Position numbers and translations under genes: made by a program. Positions 14,963 to 28,590 of a stretch of DNA of 64,000 nt are shown one piece after another. The stretch covers positions 77,190,001-77,254,000 of the forward strand of contig OX597818.1 in the NCBI GenBank assembly GCA_951406725.2, given 5' to 3'. This stretch comes from Octopus vulgaris. Lineage: Eukaryota. Below the pieces are notes generated by a model. It was not told the origin of the DNA and made no database searches. It worked only from the letters and a program-made list of their open reading frames with translations. Position 1 is the stretch's first letter, and each line of letters begins with the position of its first letter.

Positions 14963-16941
14963 TATATATATATGTGTGTGTGTGTAAGTGCGTGTGTTGA
15001 AATGTTAATATCTATATATTTCCCTACAGATTCCGGCGACTGGTTTAAAGTCAGCCCTTAAGGATCTGCTAGGCAAGTGTATGTTAGGTATGGATACCAA
15101 GCAGTCTACCTATCTAAGTGTTCAGCACCTGCTCTCTGTGACGAAAACAGAACATGCTACAATCGTGTAGCTGAAAGTATACCTAAGCGTTGGTTATTGA
15201 GTACAAGATCGATTAATTACAGATATTGTCAGTACCAACTGATCCCCCACTATGTGACAATCCATTCAAAAATATAGTTTTCTTTTTGGTTTGTTTTTAT
15301 TTATATTTTTAACTTTTATATCGCACATGACATTTCTTCAGAAATTTCAAGTTCAAACTGAGTTTTAAAGAAAGGAAAAAATAAATATTCTGAAAAAGGA
15401 ACATAGTTTTAAAAAATGTGTAGTTTGCAACTTTTTTTCTGCTGCAGTATATTATTTGTTTTATTGTTAAGTTTTCTAGCATTGACTGGGATGGTGGTGA
15501 CTATCAAACCGAGTGGGTGAACTCAACAAGGAAGTAGTGGTGGGCATGTGGAACTAGTCGCCTCCTCCAATAGCTCACTCCTTCCTCCACTACTTCCTCC
15601 TGCCGCTACTTTCATTACGACCTTTCCTCCTTCTATCACTCTCTCTCTCTCTCTCTTTATCTCCTCCTCTCTTTCTCTTTTCCACACTAAATTCCAACGC
15701 TGTAACCATTACTTCCCTCCCCTCCCTCTCTGCTGCACTTGCCTGATCTCCTCTTCCTCCGCCTCCTCCCATCTTGGTTGAAGCTTCCAAGGAAAATGAC
15801 CTACATCTCTCTCTCTCTCTCTCTCTTAGCAAGTGATGTGATCAACTAAATTCCTTCATCATTTTCAATTAACAAACTGCCACTAATTGTCTAAAAACTC
15901 CAACGACCACCTTCCTTCTTTCTCTGCAAATATGTAACTGTATTAAGAAGTTATTTTTTCCCCACTTACCTTCTCTCCTCAACTAACGGAAATAATGATT
16001 GTGTGGAATATGGAATAGTCTCTCTCTGTACGAAACATGGACTGCCGCCGCTTAATTACAAGCTCGGCTTTGACCAAAATTTTTATCTTTCGTAATGGAT
16101 CTCACCGTCTCACCAATTACATAACATCTGTCCTTGTTTATAATAGCAATAAAATTGGGTGATGAAATGTAGAAGACAGCCGTTATCTGGTGATTTTTCG
16201 TCCCCTATTGCTAAAACATATATATATGTGTGATATATGGTTGTGAAATAAATAAAAGATAAACCCTACCAGTTTTAGAGCTTTAAAAATATGGAATGGA
16301 GTTGCTTAATGGCAACTTGATAGATATTGATTTTCGGGGTCTTTATTAATACTTAAATCTTTTAGAATCAGTGTTTTAACTTTGAGGTACCAAGTACATT
16401 AGCGAATTAACATAAATACTGTTTAAAATTTTTCTATTTGTATGGGGGGTTTTTTTCTTCGGAAATATAGTCCCCCTCCCCACAAAACAACAACAAATTA
16501 TGGAAAAAGGTAAGACAAAGTGGATAATAGATAATATTTATATTATCTATCATAAAGACAAATAAATATCAAAATTCTCCACTTAAGTGAAGAATTTTGA
16601 TATCGTATTTTGATGGTGTCTTTATTTACAATTCTTGCTATCAATTAGTTAGCCTTTAATTAGGAAAATAAAAACGAAATAAACTTTGGAGAAGGATTAG
16701 CAAGGGATAAAAAAAAATCAAGCGAATGAATTAGATGACATTTTGCAATGAGGAAAATAATTACTTCAGCTAAAATAACACATTAAAACAATGCTTCATG
16801 ATAAGTAAAAAAAATTGTAATAAAATAATTCAAATTCATTTTATTTTTACGCATTTTAAACTTTTTTTAATTAATTATAAAACCATGTGGTTGTTCGAGT
16901 GCCCCAGTATGGCCACAGCCCTAAGCTGAAGCCAGTAAAAG

Positions 16942-16973
<32 letters not shown>

Positions 16974-17206
16974 TGTATGTACGTATGTGCGTGCGCGCGT
17001 GTATTATATAATGTATTATGGATAACCACAGAAAGAATTATGTGATTACTCCAATATTCATTCTGGTAAGGCGACATGGGTGTAGTATCATTAGAATTAC
17101 ATTCTGGCATATATTACATGTTATTTTGAAATAAACAAACAAAAGATTAATAATAATAAAGAATTCTTCAAATATAATTCTTTACAACGGTATCTGCAAG
17201 ACAATA

Positions 17207-17263
<57 letters not shown>

Positions 17264-17325
17264 ACACACATACACACACACAAACTGCACACACAAACAC
17301 ACACACAATTATGTGTGTGTATGTA

Positions 17326-17389
<64 letters not shown>

Positions 17390-18204
17390 AGAATTCTGAT
17401 TTCTTAGTCATTTTCTTCGTTACATAATCATGTGTGTGTATGTGCGTGTGTGTGTGTCTGTGTGTGTGTGTGTGTGTGCACGATACATCGAGAAAAAGAG
17501 TGTGAGTCAAGTCACTCCGACCAATGGCCACCATGTGTCACAGTGACCTGGCAGTGTATTCCTAGCATCGAATCGGGAAATAAAACTGCTAAAACTATCA
17601 TATTGTTCTTAGCAGTGGTACTAAATTGTAATTAGGATTGACCAGGCAAATATATTTTAGGTTATCATCAACCGATCGACAGCTAAAATGAACGCAATAA
17701 CATAATACGTTCTATAAAAATGTCACGCTGACATTACACGGAAACTGACCTGAAAAAACAAATAAATAAATAAAATGAGAAGAAAATTAATGAACTTCGT
17801 GGTTGGTTTTGTATTGTAAGTTTTAAAACTGAACTTGATTACTGCAACCGACATATTTTCAGCAATCAGGTACCGAATACATTATAATTCCAATAAAGGT
17901 GCTGAATATATACACACCTACTATTAACTCTTTTATTTCCTCACTCACCTTTACATCGATCATATCATCATCTCTCTCTCTCTCTCCCTACCTCTCAGTT
18001 TCTCCCACTCTCTCTTTCTCTTTCCTTCTCTCCGTCTCTCCCCTCAGCTTTATGTTAGACAAATATGGTAAAATTTCAGCATTTGTTGAAATGGATAGAA
18101 TTTTCTGAGGGGAAAAAAATCCCTTAAATTTCTCATTATTCACCATGACATTATATATTTATACATGCGCGCACACACACACACATTTATACGCGCACAC
18201 ACGC

Positions 18205-18242
<38 letters not shown>

Positions 18243-18575
18243 ACACATATATATAATAATTATAACATATAATATATAATATACATATATACATACATAC
18301 ATGCATACATATGTGTATGCTTGTGTGTATATATATATGAGTATACATACATATATTATGTATATATATATACACATATATATATATCTATCTATTCCTA
18401 TACATATATATATGTGTGTATGCATGTATGTATAAGTAAGTAGTTATCTATATACATATGTATATATAAATATGTATATATATAGAGAGAGATATATACA
18501 CACATATGTATATACACACAAACGTTGTATAACTGCGTACATGTGTATCTATGTGAGCATGTGTGAGTGTGTGTG

Positions 18576-18641
<66 letters not shown>

Positions 18642-18733
18642 TATATATATATATATATATAATGTATATATGATATATATATATACACACACATACATAC
18701 ACATGTATACATACATTTACAGAGACAGACAGG

Positions 18734-18839
<106 letters not shown>

Positions 18840-19148
18840 TTGTGACACAGAGATTGTTAATGAGGTAGTGGGTGGGGATGCTTTCCTTCAGCAACAATGG
18901 CAAAAACATTTTCCCTTTGTTTAGCCAAACCTGCCAACACAATAATAACTGTGATGTTTTTGGAGTAAGTTTTTATTTTATTGTATCTGTTATCTATTAT
19001 ATATTATGTAATTGATAAATACATTATGTTTCATTGAATGACAACTGGAATTATCTATTTATTTGTGAATACATATATAATCATGGATGCATGCATACAG
19101 GCATACCTACATATATATATATATATATCAATTATATATATTTATGTA

Positions 19149-19197
<49 letters not shown>

Positions 19198-19266
19198 CAG
19201 TATTATGTGCGTATGTATGTATGTATGTATGTATCTGTCTATCTATCTATCTCCCCCTCTCTCTCC

Positions 19267-19323
<57 letters not shown>

Positions 19324-19329
19324 GTGTGT

Positions 19330-19612
19330 ATCATCATCATCATCATCATCATCATCATTTAAGGTCTGTTTTCCATGCTGGCATGGGTTGGACAGATTCA
19401 CAGTAAACCGGGGAGCTGCTCCAGGTTCCAATCTGATTTGGCTTGGCTTCTACAGCTGGATGCCCTTTCTAACATCAGTTATTTTAAGAGTGTAGTGGGT
19501 GCTTTTTACTTGCCAGTTATGTCGTTGGCATCGGCCATGACTACAATCTCACTTGGCTCAACAGATCTTCTTAAGCATGGTATATCACCAAAGGTCTTGA
19601 TCACCTGTCACT
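19330..19612 (-). mobile_element. Degenerate RTE 3'UTR fragment
   Basis: (CAT)n followed by ttccatgctggcatgggttggac. Confidence 0.7.
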
Positions 19613-19732
19613 ACCTATACACACACACATACATGCATACATACATACATACATATGCATGTGTGTGTGTGTATATATATATAATGTATATGTATAATAT
19701 ATACATACTGTATATATGTATATGTATATGTA

Positions 19733-19782
<50 letters not shown>

Positions 19783-21071
19783 ATATATATATATATGAGA
19801 TAAGATATATATATGAGATAAGAGGAAAAAATCTATCAGAAAGGAACTCTATCTCTCTTAGAAAAATATCTTTTGATAAGCACAACAAATGCGCAACCGG
19901 TAAAAAGAACTTCCACCTAATTAAATTACTTAAATTACTTAAATTATTTTGTCAGCATTTTCTTCATTTCCTTTTTTATATATCACAACTCGTGTTCCAC
20001 ATCTCCTTTTTTAAATATATATATATATATATATGTATGTATATATAATACACAGACACACACATACACACACACACACACATAAGGAGAGACAACATTC
20101 ACAGTGGACGGGACCTGCAGATGATGCCTGGGAAGATACAGAACCAAATGGTAGAGACTTTATTCAAAGGATTTGGCCAATGACTGACGACTGATGATAG
20201 GTTATACTGATGAAGGCTTCCCTTCCACCAAGTATATCTGCCAAACAGACTGCTAAACTGGAGGTTATGCTTGTGTCTGAGGTAATATATCTACATTTGG
20301 GTTTCTAGTACACATGTTATATTCCTGTTAAACCCCTATCTACTGCCAACCATTCTCATTTATCATTCTCTGTCTGTTTGTCTCCATTTTTACACACACA
20401 CTCTCTCTCTATCTTTCTCTTGTTCACTGTACAATACTGCCTATGTAGTTAGTGATTGATCTAGATTTCTCCATATTTAACACACCTGTTACAACTCCTA
20501 TTGGCCTTGTTGCTCTATCTCTCTCCAATCATGATGCCTATGTAACAAGGGACTGTATTACATATGTCAGTATTCAGTACATCTTACCTTCACCATTGTG
20601 TAATACCAGCCATTACCTCTTCTCTTATCATTGTTCATTAATCACATCCATCAGTTCTTCTTACTGATGCCCAGCTCTATTTCTGGCTATCACCCTTCCT
20701 TTTTATCTGACCTGAAAATATGTAGCTACTGTCACTATCTCTCTTCCATTACTTCCACCTCTGATGTTCTCTCACCCGAATCACTGTGTTTACGCCCATC
20801 AAACTCTCTTACTTCTCCTTTTACACTGTTCTTCTGTCGTCTTTCTGTCTCTTCTACCAATTTCCTTGCTTGTGTTGCTTTGAATGAACAGAGATAACAT
20901 AGAATAGAGAGAATCCTTTATAGCCTTATGAGCCACAAAGCAAACTTACTAGTGCTGGTGCCATGATAAAATATAACTGGGAAGTGGTTGGCAAACAAAA
21001 GATTACTCTCTCTCTCTCTCTTTCTATACATATGCATAAATACATACATGTATGTATGTATTTATGTATGT

Positions 21072-21891
21072 CATCATCATCATCATCATCATCGTTTAAC
21101 GTCCGTTCTCCATGCTAGCATGGGTTGGACGGTTCGACCAGGGATCTGGGAAGCCAGAAGGCTGCACCAGGCTCCAGTCTTATCTGGCAATGTTTCTACA
21201 GCTGGATGCCCTTCCTAACGCCAACCACTCCGTGCGTGTAGTGGGTGCTTTTTACGTGCCACCTGCACTGGTGCCAGGCAAGGCTGGCATCAGCCACGGT
21301 TGGATTGGTGCATTTTACGTGCCACCTGCACGGAAGCCAGTTGAGGCGGCACTGGCTTCGGCCACGATTCGGATGGTGCTTTTTACGTGCCACCCACACG
21401 GAAGCCAGTCGAGGCGGCGCTGGCATCGGCCACGATTCGGATAGTGCTTTTTACGTATCTCCAGTCCAGGGGTCCTGGCATCTGCCAGGTGCCAGTCATA
21501 GGATTGTTTCAATTTCGATTCCGATTTCACTTGCCCCAACATCAAAAATCAATGGAAATTGTAGTTGTGATCCCTGTGCCGGTGGCACATAAAAAGCACG
21601 ATCTGAACATGGCCAATGCCAGTGCCGTCTTGACTGGCTTCCGTGTCCGTGGCACGTAAAAAGCACCGCCCGATCACTGCCGTTGCCAGCTTCACCTTAC
21701 ACCTGTGCTGGTGGCACGTAAAAAGCACCCACTACACTCATGGAGTGACTGGCATTAGGAAGGGCATCCAGCTGTAGAAACACTGCCAGATCAGACTAGA
21801 GCCTGATGCAGCCTTCTGGCTTACCAGACTCTGGTTGAACCATCCAACCCATGCTAGCATGGAAAATGGACGTTAAACGATGATGATGATG
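21072..21891. mobile_element. Two RTE 3'UTR copies joined head-to-head (minus 21072-21540, plus 21545-21891)
   Basis: (CAT)n start and (GAT)n end with mirrored terminal sequence; left part is near-identical to 27651-28110. Confidence 0.85.
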
Positions 21892-21904
21892 ATATATATA
21901 CATA

Positions 21905-22767
21905 TGGGTGCAGTGAAATGAAAATAAGACTGCTGATATCTCATTTTAACAGATATATTTACCAAAATTACATAAAAATATCTTGAAATACTAAAGAGTA
22001 AATTTATTCAATAAAATCGCCACTGGCTTCAACCACAGCCTCCAGACAACTTCAGAATCTCCTGCAACTCTTCTGGATGGTCACCTTGTTTAAGTTGGTG
22101 AATGCTGCCATAATCCTTGACTTCAGTTCATCTTTGGTGTTAACAAGGAGCTTTGTTGGTCTCTTGATCTACTGGCCCCAAACATGATAATCAGGGGAGT
22201 TGCCGTCTGGGGAGTTAGGTGGCCAGATGTTAAGGGTGGTGTGGTTGCAGAAATTGTCTGACAGCCATGACTGGATTCTCCTAAATGTGTGGCATGGTGC
22301 AGAATCCTGTTGCTAGACATAGGATCTTCCAGCAGCTACCCTCTTGACCTGGGCAGCACTACCTCCTCCAGGCACTTGATGTAGGCCTCCGTATTGAGTC
22401 TGAGGCTGTGTGGGAAGATGAATGGTGGCATAACATTGCCATCACTAGTGATCACTTCAACCAACATGATGTTGACTGGGTGTTTGATTTTCATTACTCT
22501 CAGTACATGTCGTCAGAGTGCACTCTCCCCAGATTGACTTATAAACACTGAAATATTTGTATTGGAGCTTCCAGCATGAATGCCAAGCAGTACAGTATGT
22601 CGTTTCCAAATTTCTGGTGGAGTGAATTGCATCATGGTGCTGTTTATATGACAGACAATGCCCAACAGACCCTATTTATACTGTGTAGTTGACAAAATCA
22701 AAAACAAACTATGAGCATGCGTGAAATTAAAAATATAAAACGGAAACAATTTATTCATCAGATCCTG
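21905..22767 (-). mobile_element. Internally deleted DD37D (maT-type) Tc1/mariner element
   Basis: KHPVNIM..TSDGNVMPPFIFPH, QDSAPCH..WPPNSPD..D; homologous to 41628-42514. Confidence 0.82.
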
Positions 22768-22769
22768 TG

Positions 22770-22800
<31 letters not shown>

Positions 22801-22803
22801 ATA

Positions 22804-22952
22804 CAGGGTGTGATGAGTAAATTGTTCCCATTTTATATTTTTAATTTCAGGCATGCTCATAGTTTGTTTTTGATTTTGTCAACTACACAGTGTAATAGGG
22901 TCAGTTGGGCACTGTCTGTGAGAAAAACAGTACCATGACACAATTCACTCTG
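22804..22952 (+). mobile_element. 5' end fragment of the same DD37D family, head-to-head with the 21905-22767 copy
   Basis: TA-CAGGGTG terminus; inverse of ~22620-22767. Confidence 0.75.
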
Positions 22953-23202
22953 CCTAGCTTAAAAGTCACCTGAAAGGGCGGCTTTTAAGCTAGCTCCTGT
23001 GGAGGGCTCTTCATGAATTGAATACATATTAAATTTTATTGAACTTGACCGATATTTTTCAAGCAATGAATAAAATTTCCTCAAAACAATGATATAATAT
23101 GTCGACTTGGAACTTATTGCAAAACTTCATGATAAACAACATTTTTTGTCTTCCCATTCGGGGTAGGGGATGTCAGTACAATTTTTTTCTGTCTAACCTC
23201 TT

Positions 23203-23248
<46 letters not shown>

Positions 23249-23714
23249 GATTGCTTTCAACCATCCCTATCACCTGTACCACCACCATCGCCACCGCAAC
23301 TGCATAGACACACCATTCAGACTTCTGATGCCACCCCTATCATGAACACCTTTGACTTTGCCACTTTCCCCTCTACCACTATCACCACTGTCTTTCACAT
23401 CCCTTACTATCACCATCATGCTTGACCACCTCAGCTACCACTACCACCACCACCACCACCACCACCATCATCACTGTCCCTGCCTCTGCCTCTATCACAA
23501 ATACAACTCATACTATTGCTATCACCCCATTACCATCTCAACTGTCAATCGACAACCACCCTCACCATCCCTATGCCTTCTATTACTCTTACCCCAGCAA
23601 GAGGAGTAGAAGAAGTGTCATTGAATAGTGAGAGAGGGGATCAAAGTGTGACACACTGACACAGAAATTTGTTTTGTCATTATTATTTTTTTTTTTATTA
23701 TTATTATATATTGT

Positions 23715-23895
23715 TGAAACTAACAGAAAAACATATGAAGACAGGTGTATAAACAACAAGCAGGTGTATTAATTTGAAAGTCAGGAAGGTGAGAAAGTCT
23801 TTTATGTTTCGAGCCCACGCTCTTCAACAGAAAGGAACACAAGGAAATAAACAAAGAGAGAATAAAAAAAAACTTGTGGAGTTAGTGGTCAATTA
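23715..23895 (-). ncRNA. Hammerhead-bearing short repeat (family B), motif 23799-23834
   Basis: Minus strand: cttt-CTGTTGA-a-GAGC gtgg GCTC-GAAAC-aTA-aaag. Confidence 0.6.
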
Positions 23896-23903
23896 TATAT
23901 ATA

Positions 23904-24118
23904 TCATCATCATCATCATCATCGTTTAACATCTGCTTTCCATGCTACCAAGGGTTGAACAATTTTGACTGTGGGCTGGTGAACCAGATGGCTGCACCAG
24001 GCTGCAATCTTGATCTGGCAGAGTTTCTACAGCTGGATGCTCTTCCTAACGCCAACCACTCCGAGAGTGTAGTGGGTGCTTTTTACATGCCACCGGCATG
24101 GGGGCCAGTAAGGTGACG
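23904..24118 (-). mobile_element. RTE 3'UTR fragment
   Basis: Family terminal sequence with (CAT)n. Confidence 0.78.
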
Positions 24119-24190
24119 TTATATATATATATATTTCAAGACATATAACTACACATGCACACATGCATTCTCACATGCACACATGTACGT

Positions 24191-24240
<50 letters not shown>

Positions 24241-24245
24241 TTATG

Positions 24246-24287
<42 letters not shown>

Positions 24288-24502
24288 TATATATATATAT
24301 GTATGTATGTGTATATATATAAAATAAAATACAAAATGGGACAACAACGCAAAACATCTGGACAACTAGGTGATACAAAAATGGACAACAAAACATTCAG
24401 ATGGATGATACAAAAAAACACGGATGGGTCATTCGAAGCCTTTTATCTTCAGTCAAGAATCGGATCATCTTCGCAATTTTGGACCGTACATATATGTATA
24501 TA

Positions 24503-24579
<77 letters not shown>

Positions 24580-24616
24580 GCATATATATATATGTGTGTA
24601 TATATATATACGCATA

Positions 24617-25703
24617 TCTATATATATAAAACTCAACTTGTGTGTCTGTGTGTTTAACTTCCCGGCACATCTCCTCCTAGCCAACAAATCGTAGAACCAC
24701 CAAAAATGGGTCACTTAAAGTTTAGGCAAATGAAAATTGAACTGCGCTATTTCTGTTCCAAAATTCATCTCGCAAGTGCAAAAATTGATAACGTGTTTGT
24801 TTAGGCCTTATCCCATGCATTGAATAGTGAACTTTACTCAGTCAGCTGTTTGACGTGAACTGTGTTCACCACGCGTGCAAGCATGCATAAATTGCATGAA
24901 AAATAAAAAATCAAGATATACAAACAAATCGCCATAAGCATTGTAGAAATTCAGCAAAGAAATGAATTTTCGGGATGTTGCCTGGAGGGTTTTTTTGTAT
25001 TAATCGTTTGGACTTTGTGAACGCATACCAATTGTTTTCATAACATTTTTAACGCTTTGAATTAAATGTGACCATTTTGCGTTGAGTCTGCAGTTTGAAT
25101 CATTTTAACCAAATTTTAGCAGGCCGGATTTTTGATCATCACAATACATCGCCAGTGACTCCCTGAAACTCTCCACTGAAATCCCCGTTGAGAAATCTAT
25201 ATATATAAAACACAACTTGTGTGTCTGTGTGTGTATCTGTGTGTGTGTCTGTTTGTTTAACTTTTGGATCTACCAAGTTTCATTATTAAGGATGGAAAGT
25301 AGTGTGTAGCAAATTTATATATATAAAGCTGAAGTTGTCTGTGTGTGGCAGGTTTGGTAGCCTTCAACTAACACTATCTCCTTCAAGACCCTGCTGCACA
25401 AGTTGACCAAAATTGAAAGTATGATAGAAGAAGGCTTGATCTTTATTCTGTAGAAGATAAAATACAAATCGGACCATGTTAACACTAAAAATTATTTACA
25501 TCAAAAAGGTGCTTTTTTTCGATGAAAATTCCCTATTTTTTACGATTTTTGACTGCTGTGTCACCATTTTTCAGTGTATTTCAACTGGAAAAATGTTCCC
25601 TTGAAGAGAATAACAAGTTGCATAATGCAAAATTTTTACTTTTCAAAAATTCCAATTCTAAATGGTCGAAATAAACCCAAGCAACACTGGGCGATACTGC
25701 TAG
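24617..25703 (+). mobile_element. Composite non-autonomous Helitron with three stacked 5' ends
   Basis: TCTATATATATAAAA-type starts at 24617, 25196 and ~25314; single 3' end cccaagcaacactggg..CTGCTAG followed by T. Confidence 0.78.
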
Positions 25704-25717
25704 TATATATATATATA

Positions 25718-27634
25718 TCATCGTTTAACATCCGCTTTCCATGCTAGCATGGGTTGGACGGTTCAACTGGGGTCTGGGGAGCCCGAAGGCTGCACCAGGC
25801 CAGTCAGATCTGGCAGTGTTTCTACAGCTGGATGCCCTTCCTAACGCCAACCACTCCGAGAGTGTAGTGGGTGATTTTATGTGCCACCGACACAGGTGCC
25901 AGACGAGGCTGGCGAACGGCCACGCTCGGATGGTGTTTTTTATGTGCCACCGACACAGGTGCCAGACGAAGCTGGCGAATGGCCACGATCGGATGGTGTT
26001 TGTTACGTGCCCACAGCACGGAGGCCAGTCGATGCGGTACTGGCTACGGCCATGTTCGGATGGTTTTCTTATGTGCCACCGGCACTGGTACCACAAAGAT
26101 ACAAATTCCATTGATGTTCATCTGTTTTGATTTGGTTTGATTTTCACTTGCCTCAACAGGTCTTCACAAGTGTCCCAAGAAGGAAAGTATGCACAGGTGG
26201 ACTGACTACGTTCCAGGTAGGGGCCACAGGTTATGGCCTCACTAGTCTTGCCGGGTCTTCTCACACACAGCATACTTCCATAGGTCTCGGTCTCTAGTCA
26301 TTTCCTTGGTGAGACCTAAAGTTTGAAGGTCGTGCTTCACCACCTCATCCCAGGTTTTCCTGAGTCTACCTCTTCCACAGGTTCCCTCAACTGCTAGGGT
26401 GTAGCACTTTTGCACACAACTATCTTCAGCCATTCTTGTCACATGACCATACCAGCACAGCCGTCTCTCTTGCACACCACAACTGATGCTTCTTAGGTTC
26501 AACTTTTCTCTGACATTACACATCCATCGGAGCATACTGGCTTCATTTCTTGCGAGCTTACGCATATCCTCAGCAGTCACGGCCCATGTTTCACTACCAT
26601 GTAGCATGGCTGTACGTACACATGCATCATACAGTCTGCCTTTTACTCTGAGCGAGAGGCCTTTTGTCACCAGCAGGGGTAAGAGCTCTCTAAACTTTGC
26701 CCAGGCTATTCTTACTCTAGCAGTTACACTTTCAGCACACCCACCCCCGCTACTGACTTGGTCACCTAGGTAGCGGAAGCTATCAACTACTTCTAGTTTG
26801 TCTCCCTGGAACGTGGTAGAAGTTGGTCTCTGCACATTTCCAGTGTTTATTGCTCCTGAGCATCTGCCACAGACAAAAACTATTTTCTTAGTTAGCCTTC
26901 CTTTGACATTGCTGCACCTCTTATGTGTCCATAGCTTACACTTGGTGCACCTTATAGAGTTTCTACCTACACCTTTTTTACAGATCGAGCAGGGCCATCT
27001 ACCTGAAGTCGTTTGTGATTGGTACACCTTCCTACTTATTAGGACTTTGGTTTTGGCTAGGTTGATTCTAAGGCCCTTCGATTCTAATCCTTGTTTCCCC
27101 ACCTGAACCTTCTCCTCCAGTTCTGATAGTGACTCAGCAATTAGAGCAAGGTCATCAGCATAGAGGAGCTCCCGGGGGCATCCTGTCTTGAATTCCTTCG
27201 TTATTGCCTGGAGGACTATGATAAATAGGAGGGGACTGAGGACTGAACCTTGGTGGACCCCAACCTCTACCCAGAATTCTTCACTGTACTCGTTGCCAAC
27301 CCTCACCTTACTAGCAGCGTCTCTGTACATGGCTCGCACTAACCATTCATCTATCCCTAGTTTCCTCATTGACCACCAGATAAGGGATCGGGGAACCCTG
27401 TCAAAGGCTTTCTCCATGTCAACAAAAGCCAGGTACAGGGGCTTATCTTTGGCTAGGTATTTCTCCTGCAGCCGTCTTACCAGGAATATAGCATCAGTAG
27501 TACTTTTCCCTGGCACGAACCCAAACTGCATCTCATCTAAGCTAACTCTCTCTCTAATTAATTGGGCTATAACCCTCTCCGTAACCTTCATTACCTGATC
27601 CAGCAGCTTGATACCCCTGTAGTTATTTGTATCT
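25718..27634 (-). mobile_element. 5'-truncated young RTE LINE (RT ORF plus 3'UTR)
   Basis: Uninterrupted ORF followed by ~520 bp of 3'UTR and a (GAT) tail. Confidence 0.95.
26242..27591 (-). CDS. RTE LINE reverse transcriptase (C-terminal 449 aa) with PHD-like C4HC3 finger
   Basis: QFGF, FVDMEKAFDRV, GVHQGSVLSP, YADD, CSIC..CTKC..HKRC..CGRC, FRYLG, GRGRLRKTW. Confidence 0.92.
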   Translation of the reverse strand: MKVTERVIAQLIRERVSLDEMQFGFVPGKSTTDAIFLVRRLQEKYLAKDKPLYLAFVDMEKAFDRVPRSLIWWSMRKLGIDEWLVRAMYRDAASKVRVGNEYSEEFWVEVGVHQGSVLSPLLFIIVLQAITKEFKTGCPRELLYADDLALIAESLSELEEKVQVGKQGLESKGLRINLAKTKVLISRKVYQSQTTSGRWPCSICKKGVGRNSIRCTKCKLWTHKRCSNVKGRLTKKIVFVCGRCSGAINTGNVQRPTSTTFQGDKLEVVDSFRYLGDQVSSGGGCAESVTARVRIAWAKFRELLPLLVTKGLSLRVKGRLYDACVRTAMLHGSETWAVTAEDMRKLARNEASMLRWMCNVREKLNLRSISCGVQERRLCWYGHVTRMAEDSCVQKCYTLAVEGTCGRGRLRKTWDEVVKHDLQTLGLTKEMTRDRDLWKYAVCEKTRQD

Positions 27635-27650
27635 ATATATATATATATAT

Positions 27651-28293
27651 CATCATCATCATCGTTTAACGTCCGTTCTCCATGCTAGCATGGGTTGGAC
27701 GGTTCGACCAGGGATCTGGGAAGCCAGAAGGCTGCACCAGGCTCCAGTCTTATCTGGCAATATTTCTACAGCTGGATGCCCTTCCTAACACCAACCACTC
27801 CGTGAGTGTAGTTGGTGCTTTTTACGTGCCACCTGCACTGGTGCCAGGCGAGGCTGGCAACGGCCACGGTCGAATTGGTTCATTTTACGTGCCACCGGCA
27901 CGGAAGCCAGTCGAGGCGGCACTGGCATCGGCCACGATTCGGATGGTGCTTTTTACGTGCCACCCACACGGAAGCCAGTCGAGGCGGTGCTGGCATCGGC
28001 CACGATTCGGATAGTGCTTTTTACGTACCACCAGTCCAGGGGTCCTGGCATCTGCCGGGTGCCAGTCATAGGATTGTTTCAATTTCGATTCCGATTTCAC
28101 TTGCCCCAACAGGTCTTTGCAAGCAAAGGGGGGTTGGCATGGGTGCCTGTCGTCGGATGAGGTTTGATATCGACTTCGCTTGCCTCAACGGGTCTTTGTG
28201 TGTCCAAGGGAGGAAAAGCATGCATAAGTGGACTGGACTCACTTGTCCTGCCTGGTCTTCTCACGCACAGCATATTTCCAAAGGTCTTGGTCG

Positions 28294-28295
<2 letters not shown>
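27651..28295 (-). mobile_element. RTE 3' end (ORF tip plus 3'UTR)
   Basis: [17 protein letters not shown] followed by the UTR. Confidence 0.85.
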
Positions 28296-28357
<62 letters not shown>

Positions 28358-28399
28358 TATATATATATATATGCATATATATATATATGCATATATATA

Positions 28400-28590
28400 G
28401 ATTCAGATTAATATGGTACTTAAGTTGATGCACCAGTATTATTCATACAATTTCAAAATAAGGTGATTAAAATCAAAATAAGCAACAAGGATATCCAGAG
28501 TTAATGCAGTAGGATCATTTCACACAACTCCATTCAATTGAACAATGCAACCATTAGATCAATCTTCAGCTGCAGAAAGACATAGAATTT
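28400..28590 (-). ncRNA. pLTR-like repeat with degenerate hammerhead (~28505-28575)
   Basis: Minus strand: tgcag-CTGAAGA..GAAAtgatccTA-ctgca; same family as 9796. Confidence 0.45.

Noticed and set aside
16567-16603. Short palindromes here and at ~22954-22993
   Set aside because: Single short hairpins with no supporting family or context.
19870-19907. Possible further hammerhead (ttGATaA-gca..tgc-GcAAC-cg-GTA)
   Set aside because: Three core mismatches; suggestive but not supportable from a single copy.
24400-24490. CTGAAGA on the minus strand in a short repeat
   Set aside because: No properly placed GAAA or paired stems found; a similar lone CTGATGA at ~20207 was rejected for the same reason.
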